64,000 nucleotides of DNA from the human T2T-CHM13v2.0 reference genome, Homo sapiens, in the NCBI RefSeq assembly GCF_009914755.1, contig NC_060938.1. One strand, written 5' to 3'. A program made the translations under genes and the position numbers. Under the pieces are notes generated by a model. That model saw nothing but the letters and a program-made list of their open reading frames with translations, ran no database searches and was not told the origin of the DNA. This document shows positions 55,625-64,000 of the stretch, one piece after another (the first letter of the stretch is position 1; every line of letters begins with the position of its first letter).

Positions 55625-57284
55625 CTACTGCCTAAATGTAAACGGACCAAACAGGTTGGGTTTTCCAGTAAATTTCTAATTACCTATAAGATTTCATTCA
55701 ACAATTGAAAAGATTAATTGTACAAAATCTATATGCAAGGCTCTAGAATCTGATGATAACAAGTTGAATACCACATTTTTCTTATACATGATAGGCTTAT
55801 ATTCTGGTTGAAAGAGGATAAATTTTTAATAAATGTGGTTTGCTAATTGTGTAACTAAATTGGTTCAATTTTAAAACACTGCAAAACTGTCCTTATAAAT
55901 AATTCACATGGAAGACATGGATTGTCAAACTATATGTCCCAGTTTTTGTTTAAAAGCTAATTTCTCCATGCCAATCTTAAAATAGAGATTTTTTTTGAGA
56001 AACAAAATTAGTGTGCATGTGTCAATTTCTTTATTTTTGAACATACAGTTTTTTGGATTTTTCGTTTTTAAACAAACGTGATTGACTTTTGTATACCCCC
56101 CATAACCCTTCTGGTACCATTTACACCTTCTTTAGTTCTAGATACGCAAATTATACAGAGTGAGTAAAAAAGAAGTCCAAATTATGCAGTGAACTTTGGA
56201 AAAGGTTCTGTAATATTCCAAATTATAGAGAGTTGTCCAAAATAAATCTACACTTCATTCTTTCTGTGTTGACTCAGCTTCAAAGCCTGGAAAGGATTCA
56301 CATTTTGCTCTAGTCTAAACAAGGTTTTGCCAGCTCTAACCAGATTAGAAAACTACTCTTCCACATTTGTTTTTCTTGGGTCACATATAAATGTTTGCAA
56401 ATTATGTTATTACTCATTGCTAATGAGGTAATTTTTCATTAGCACATCTCCCCTTTTTAAATCTAATGCTTATTCAGATATTATCCTGCTCTTGTTTTTC
56501 AATGGCAGTTACTAACAAATAATATAATTAAATAGATCCTAGTTTATTATTTTTAATAGGCTTACTTGTACAACCTTTTAACTGCAGGGTTCTTGACTGT
56601 TTTTAGGCAATTTAGCAGAAAGTTAAGAGTTTGACTGTTACAGGCATATTCATGTCTTGGGCACAGACTATTTTTAAAATGGCTTGAGATTTTTGCAAAA
56701 GGTGATTAACGAGGTCATATGGCTTCAGTAGTTCCTTCTTAATTATAAGAACATTTCCCCCCTCATAATGGTCTCTTAGCTTAAATACAGCTTAGATACA
56801 CATTTTAAAATATTATTTGTTTCTTCTTCAATCTCTGTTTTTCTATAGCAGAAACATAAAGAATATATTTAGTTAAGTGTTGTTTTCCAAATTTTCAGAT
56901 ACAGTCATAGAATTTGTAATCAACTGCTTTTAAAGCAGTTTTTTTTCTTTTTGCTAAAGAGTAATGAAAATGGGTATTTACTGATAGGAGATTTTTCAAT
57001 TACACTCAAATTTTACTTGAATTATTATGATCTGTAAGTGTCACAGAAATGATTCAATTTATCAAAGAATGTTATTAAAGCCATTTAAGCTCCTAAAGAA
57101 GCCATAACACTCTGTAGGTTAAAGATATAATTTAAGTTTAAAAAATGCAAAATTATTACAAAAACGTATTTCCTATTTTTAGTGTCTGGTATATAATAAC
57201 ATACAATAAATAATTGCTGCATAAATTAGTATGTATGAAGAACCGTTAAATACAAAAGCTAAAATTGTTAGTATTAAATAACAG

Positions 57285-57421
57285 TCACAAAAAGGTAATT
57301 ATTTAGAGTGATGGATATGGTAATTAGTCCTATTTTGGTAATCATTTCACAACATATACATACATTAAATACTGTACATCTTAAATTTTTGTCAATCATA
57401 CCCAATAAAGCTAGAAAAAAA
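57285..57421 (+). mobile_element. L1MA/MB 3' terminal fragment
   Basis: gtgatggatatggtaattag..ggtaatcatttcacaa..ttttgtcaatcatacccaataaagctagaaaaaa. Confidence 0.75.
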
Positions 57422-58930
57422 CCCCAGAAAACCAAATGACCACTTTGATAGGAGAGGATATTAAATATTTAATGCAAACATGGTGTTTTCCAAAAATAAA
57501 ACTGAACACAAAAACAGAAGAACAAAACCAAGCCTCCTCTTCCCACCTGTCGCTTATATTTAGAATTGTGAATCTACAAAGAGCAGCTTCCTATCTTAAA
57601 CTCATATTCAGGGTTAAATGCTTAAAATATTTGATTGAATAATCATTTTCATGTCTTTTTTCATTGCTTAAAATGAACCTAAAATGAAAAACAAACATAA
57701 AAATGATTATTCAATGAAATATTCTTAGAAAAATCTGCATAGAATATGCTTCTTTTGGAAATTTATAATGCATACTTATAAATTAAAAGTCATGAGAAAG
57801 TCTGCAATAAACAAACTTGTTTAACATTCTTCAACCCCTTTGTTTAGGCTATATGTCCTTTCAATAATTTATGCAAGTTCTGTAGTAAAAAACTTGTTTA
57901 ACCTTCATCTGTCCCTTCATTAAAGTTACATAGCCTTTAAACCTTTTATATCAAGTAATATTAGAGAGAAACTTTCTGGAAAACTTTTAAGAAATTTTGC
58001 AGTGGTACCTGACATAATTCCCTGATTCACAGTAGTTTCTCCAAACATGTTTATTCAATCAGTGAATAAACTAATGAATGAGTTCAGCTTTGGGAAATTA
58101 TAGAAAAGAAATAGCTCTTCATAACAGAACAAAAATGAAACTAATCTCTCTCCAATCTCTTCTTCTCTCTTGCTTATATTCTTTTTCATTTTTTATCTCC
58201 CTTCTTATATAAATCTGTGTTGACTGACTGTCAACCCTTCTCTTTATAGACCCGTTTGAACTCAGACACTCATTGGTCCTTCTATTAAAAATGGACCCTA
58301 TATAGAGATATGATTTTTATATTCAGTAGAGTAGAAAATCAATACTCTGAAAAACTGGTAAAGCCCAGTAATAAGCCTGATATTGTTCAAAATAGATCAC
58401 ATGAGTAGAGTAGTCTCCTTTTCTTGATATGACATGTGGAAGGGAGAAACATCATCACTGAAGTGCATTGCCTGTGCACACAGGAGTCTGGCTCAGGGCC
58501 AGTCCACCATAAACTACTTACAAATGGTATAATTAAAATGAATGAATGAAATGTTGAGCGGACTTTATATTCTAAAGCAATCAAAACTGAAATTTACTTT
58601 CTTATCACACCTTCTGGTAAAACTGGTTTTATGGAAACATTCTATTGAGAATTTTAAAGAGTGACTGTTAAAAAGATGGACTGGAGTTAATTTATGTTAG
58701 ATTTGCTTTTCTCTGATGGAATTTTTTAAATGGAAATATTTAACTAAAAACATGATAAATGTCCTCTATAGTAATTTATAAATTAAGAAGAAAGTTGGAG
58801 TCTGCAAGACACCTAGCCCCAGGGCTGTTTGTCCATTCTGAGGCACCAGGAAGGCAGCAGAAGAAGGTTTTCACCTTATAGGTACTATTAAGAAACCTCC
58901 ACCATAAAGGTAGTATTAAGAAATAAAACA

Positions 58931-59069
58931 GCATACCTATTGTCTCAGCTACTCAGGAGGCTGAGGAGGGAGGATTGCTTGAGCCTGGGAAGTGGAGGTT
59001 ATCGTGATCCGTGATCATGCCACTGCACCCCAGCCTGGGCAACAAAGCAAGGCCTGTTTAAAAAAAAAA
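58931..59069 (+). mobile_element. Alu right-arm monomer (AluJ/FRAM-like)
   Basis: ctcagctactcaggaggctgaggagggaggattgcttgagcctggga...gccactgcaccccagcctgggcaac plus A tail. Confidence 0.85.
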
Positions 59070-59431
59070 CAAAACTCTATGATATAGAGGAAGAGATAAA
59101 ATTAAAATATGCAATAAAGCAAGACCTGTCTTTTTTTTTAAAAAAACCTATGATATAGAGGAAGAGATGAAATTAAAATATGGTTTAGCAATTTATCTTA
59201 ATGAACAGAAGTGTTTTATCTAGCCCTGTAAAGTAACATTTAAAAATTTTCATTGAAAAATTACCCCAAAATAGAAAACATCAAGTAGTTTTAATAGAAT
59301 TTTTACATTAAATTAGATTAAATCTCACATGTAATTTAATATTTGTTTAGATAGTTTTGCCAATTTCAAAGACGAGTGAAGTAAATAGACTGAAATTCTT
59401 GAGTTACCAAAATGAATTAAAAAAAAAAAAA

Positions 59432-59629
59432 GGCGAGGTATGATGGCTTACATCTATAATCCTGCACTTTTGAGAGGCTGAGGCTGAGGAGGGAGGATTG
59501 CTTGACCCCAGGAGATCAAGGCTGCAGTGAGCTACAGTCTAGGATCCTGCTAGTGCATTCCAGTCTGGGAGACAGAGACATAGAAAGACCCTGTCTCTCA
59601 AACAAACAAACAAAAATAACAACAAAAAA
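59432..59629 (+). mobile_element. Alu monomer (FRAM/FAM-like)
   Basis: ggcgaggtatgatggcttacatctataatcc...ggaggattgcttgacccc.ggagatcaaggctgcagtgagct...(caaa)n tail. Confidence 0.8.
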
Positions 59630-60694
59630 CTTACCTCCTTACTCTCCACTGAGAAATCTCTATACAAATAAAATTTTTCTTTTCATAATAATTATATATG
59701 CAAAACATTATATAAACCATTAATTGCTTTTTTAAAACAATAAAAATAAAAACAAACATCCGCTTACCCACAACATAGCTTTACCAGCAACTCCAAGGTG
59801 TAGAATATGCCTGAACCTGATCCCATATCTTTTCCTTACATTCCACATTTTGTATGTCCCTAAATATTTATTTTAGGGACATAGAAATATGATTTTGCCT
59901 TCTGTGTTATTCTAAGGCCTCCTCTTATATTTCAATATTATTCTTGAGCTATTCACCCATGCTAACCACATTATAGTACTCAACTGTGAGTCTATTGACT
60001 TTCTACATTTTCTCAGTGTTCCACCCAAAGTGGCATGCATGTTTTCATGAACATCTTCTGGTGTACAAGAACTAATTTAGGGAATACATGTAAGAGAGAA
60101 ATTGCTGGGGCATGAGTTATGAACATCTTCAAATATGCTAGATAATTCAAAATCCTTCTCCAGAGTATCTATAACCATTTATATGCCCTCCACAGCACAT
60201 GAAAATATACATATTCCATACTGGCACCAGTATTTGGCAAGACCTGGTCTCATAATATTTGCCAGACCAATGGATGTACTCCTTGCCATTTTAAGAGTTT
60301 TCAAAATTAGTAATAAGGTCTAAGAATTGTCATCCTTCTATCAGCCATTCCAGCTTCCAATTCTGTGAATTTCCAGTTTATATCTTTTCACATTTTTTAT
60401 CACGGTATTAGTCTTTTGCTTATTCATTGTTTGTTAATTTGTTTTATTTGGATACTAATTATACTATGATTTATTTAGATACTAATAATAAAAATAATTT
60501 GGAGTATAATGGTATACTCATATACCATTCATTTAAATACTAATTCTTTGGTCACTTAAATGTATGCTGTAAATATTCTAGTCTGTGCCTTATCCTTATC
60601 TTTATGGTGGTATCTTAATGTGATCAGAAGTTCTTAATTTTAATGTAGCAAAATTTGTCAACTTTATGCTTTTTACATTTAGTTATTTAGTGAT

Positions 60695-60709
60695 TCTTTT
60701 CTTTCTTTC

Positions 60710-60748
<39 letters not shown>

Positions 60749-60851
60749 ATCTTTCTTTCTTTCCTTCCTTCCTTCCTTCCTTCCTTTCTTTCTCTCTCTT
60801 TCCCTCCCTTCCTTCCTTCCTTCCTTCCTTCCTTCCTTCCTTCCTTCCTTC

Positions 60852-60894
<43 letters not shown>

Positions 60895-60934
60895 TCGTTC
60901 TTTCTTTCGTTCTTTCTATCTATCTTTCTTTTTT
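60695..60934. repeat. (TTTC)n(TTCC)n polypyrimidine tract, expanded Alu tail
   Basis: Direct reading; abuts the minus-strand AluJ. Confidence 0.95.
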
Positions 60935-61220
60935 GAGACAGGGTCTCACTTTGTCCCCCAGGTTTGAGTTCAGTCGTATGATCTCAGCTCACTGCAGCCT
61001 CAACTTTCCGGGGTCAAGGGATCCTCCTGCCTCAGCCCCCCAGGTAATGGGACTATAGGTTCATGTCATCATGCCTGGCTAATTTTTTTTTATATTTTTT
61101 GTAGAGATGGGGTTTCTTAATGTTGCCCAGGCTGGTCTCGAACTCCTGAGCTCAAGCAATCTGCCTGCCTAAGCCTCCCAAAGTGCTGGGAATACAGGCA
61201 TGAGCTACCACGCCTTGCTC
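60929..61220 (-). mobile_element. AluJ
   Basis: gagacagggtctcac...cactgcagcctcaact...gatcctcctgcctcagcc...gttgcccaggctggtctcgaactcctgagctcaagcaat (J diagnostics). Confidence 0.92.
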
Positions 61221-61531
61221 TTTCTTAAATATTCCAAAGAAATAAAGATGCTCTATATTTTTTCAAAATGTTTCAGTTTTGTCTATAACATTTACTTATT
61301 TAATCTCTGTGGAATAAAATATTTTGTAGAGTGTAAGATAATAATTCAATTTCGTATTTTTCCCATATGAATAACAAATTGTTCTCAAACCATTTACTGA
61401 TTATTATCTATTTTTACCTGTGATTTGAAAACCCGGTGGTATAATAAATCATGTTTAAGTATATGAGTGCTCTTGTTTCTGGGCTCTCTATTCTGTTTAA
61501 TTATTCTTTTAGTTTACCTATGCAGGAGTAT

Positions 61532-62190
61532 TACTTTATTGGGGTATAATTCTCATATCATACAAGCCATCCATTTAAACTATACAATCCAATAATTTTT
61601 AGTTTATTCACAGGATTGTGTAACAATCACCATAATCTACTTTTAGAATATATTTATCCTTCTTAAAACAACCACATACTCGTTAGCACCTACTCCTCAA
61701 CCCTTTCTATCCACTACTATACCTTACTCCAGGCCTAAGAAACCACTAATCTACTTTCTTTATAGATTTCCCTGGTCTCTGCATTTAATATAGATTGAAT
61801 CCTACAATTACAATTTGTGGTCTTTTGTGAGGGGCTTCTTTTATGTGGGATAATGTATTCAAGATTGATCCATGCATGTAGTAGTACTTCATTCATTTTT
61901 ATTGCTGAATAACATCCCATTGTATGGATATACTGCCTTATATTTATCTATTCATCAGTTGATGAACATTGGGTTGTTCCCAATGTTATAAATAATCCTG
62001 CTATAAACACTCATGTGCAAGTTTTTGTGTGGGCATATGTTTACGTTTCTCTTGGATATATTCCTAGGAATGGAATTCCTGAATCATATGGTCATTCATG
62101 TTTAACTTTGTAAAGTTAACTGTTTAACAAAGTGGCTGTACCATTTTACATTTCCACAAGTAATACATGAAGGTTAAGATTTTTCTAATT
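61532..62190 (-). mobile_element. L1MB 3' end
   Basis: actttattggggtataattc..ccatttaaactatacaat..aaccactaatctactttc..cattgtatggatatac. Confidence 0.85.
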
Positions 62191-62420
62191 ATTATAGGTT
62201 TATAATATGCTTGTTTTCTGGCAAAGAGTCCTCTAAGATAATTGTTTTCTAGAGTTTCTTGATTTTTTTCTCTTCAATCTAAATTTTAGAATTTGCTTTA
62301 CAGGTTCTACATGAATTCCCATAGGGATTTTGACTAGAATTGGATTGTAGATGACTTTGGTAGAAAGCAACATCATTATCAAATTATATTTTCAAATCCA
62401 TAAAGATGTTGCATCTCAAC

Positions 62421-62867
62421 TCTTCACAATAGCAAAGACATAGAATCAACCTAAATGCCCATCAGTGATAAACTGGATTAAAAAATGTGGTACATATACA
62501 CCACGGAATACTATGCAGCCATGAAAAAGAAGGGGATCATGTCCTTTTCAGGGACACAGATGGAGCTGGGGGGCATTACCTTTAGCAAACTGACACAGGA
62601 ACAGAAAACTGAGTACCCCATGTTCTCACTTACATGTGGGAGCTAAAAGATGAGAACACATGAACATATAGAGAGGAACAACACACCCTGGGGCCTTTTG
62701 GAGGGTGGAGGGTGGAAGGAGGGACAGGATAAAAAATAACTAATGGGTACTAAGCTTAACACCCGGGTGATGAAATAATCTTTACAACAAGCCCCCATGA
62801 CACAAGTTTAGCTGTGTAACAAACCTGCACTTATACCCCTGAACTTCAAATAAAAGTTTTAAAAAAG
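62421..62867 (+). mobile_element. L1PA (older subfamily) 3' end, 5'-truncated
   Basis: ttcacaatagcaaagacatagaatcaacctaaatgcccatca...caagcccccatgacacaagttta..aacaaacctgcac..aataaaagtt; degenerate TSD g(t/c)tgcatc..tcaa. Confidence 0.92.
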
Positions 62868-63095
62868 CTGCATCACTCAATAGTTTAATTATTCTTCTAT
62901 TACTATAAAGTTTTAAAAGCTTTTAAATGGTTATTTTGCATTTTTTAATGGGATTTATTTCTAGCTGTATTTTTAATTTTTATTTATTTTAAATGGTATT
63001 TTTAAATGATTTATTTACATATTTAATAAATTTACAGGTAGCACTTACTCTGTGCCAGGCACTATTCTAAATGACAAACCAATATATAAATATTT

Positions 63096-63133
63096 GTGTC
63101 TGTGTGTGTCTGTGTGTGTGTGTGTTTGTGTGG
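63096..63133. repeat. (TG)n microsatellite
   Basis: Direct reading. Confidence 0.85.
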
Positions 63134-63350
63134 TATAACTTCCCACTTGTGGCTTTTAGTTTGAATCAACTTCAGTTTACTCACTGGTACTGGTTAACCA
63201 TTTCAAATCAATTATACCAGTTTATTTAATAACAACATGCATCAAAAAACATTGTTTTTAATGATTAAAGGAATTTTCTTGAAGAAGTGTAGTTATACTC
63301 ATTTTTACTCAGACACTTTGACTTTTATTCAACTACCATTAAAAATCCTT

Positions 63351-63643
<293 letters not shown>

Positions 63644-64000
63644 ATCCTTATTAATATAAGAGTGATTGATAAAATGGGGCAAAAGATTATGGGAACTGGA
63701 ATGCCAAGTACCCCAGGACGTTTCACATCATATATTTAGAGATTCATACAGTTGATTTTGATTTTTAAAATATAGTTTCTTTAGAAAAACAAAAAAATAG
63801 AAAAGTAAAACATAAAAAAATAATCTTTCCAGGTTCCCTAGGAGTGAATCTGTTCCTTGTCTCTTTTAGCTTCCAGTGGTTAATCCTGGATATGATGTCT
63901 AATTCTGTGTGTCTACTTGATGGAGCCACAGCTTCCAGCAAACATTATTCTAGATGTATCTGTGAGGGTGCATTTGTCTAAGATTTGCATTTACATCTGT

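Larger units (their letters stand above)
59900..63000 (-). mobile_element. Fragmented very old L1 (L1ME-like) hosting younger insertions
   Basis: aattgctgggcatgag..tgaacatcttcaa; cagaagttcttaattttaatgtagcaaa; ttgtttctgggctctctattctgtt; gggattttgactagaattggattg, collinear across the insertions. Confidence 0.65.

Noticed and set aside
60666-61058. 130-aa hydrophobic 'membrane protein' ORF
   Set aside because: It is the translation of the TTTC/TTCC microsatellite plus AluJ.

Overview
AT-rich, CpG-poor primate (most likely human/hominoid, given AluY and LTR12C) non-coding DNA made up mostly of transposable-element remnants. I find no host protein-coding exon, and almost all ORFs in the track are chance ORFs or repeat-derived. 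The dominant feature is a decayed but structurally complete ~9.26 kb class I (gamma-like/ERV1) provirus at 9121-18377 (+). It has two MER66-like LTRs, a 4-bp ATAG target-site duplication (TSD), a degenerate tRNA-Arg-like PBS, gag-pro-pol-env and a polypurine tract (PPT). Its env TM resembles HERV-IP/envP(b). A 39-nt, 3'-truncated, tailless 5S rRNA retrocopy with a 17-bp TSD sits in the env fusion peptide. Other large elements are a full-length Tigger1 (27038-29420, -), a solo LTR12C (52218-53801, +), a complete MLT1A-type MaLR (49067-51121) plus a partial second one, nested old L1s, L2, MIR and several Alus. Subfamily names come from recalled consensus sequences, not a database search. I do not see a convincing novel biological system; the best leads are the provirus and the 5S insertion.
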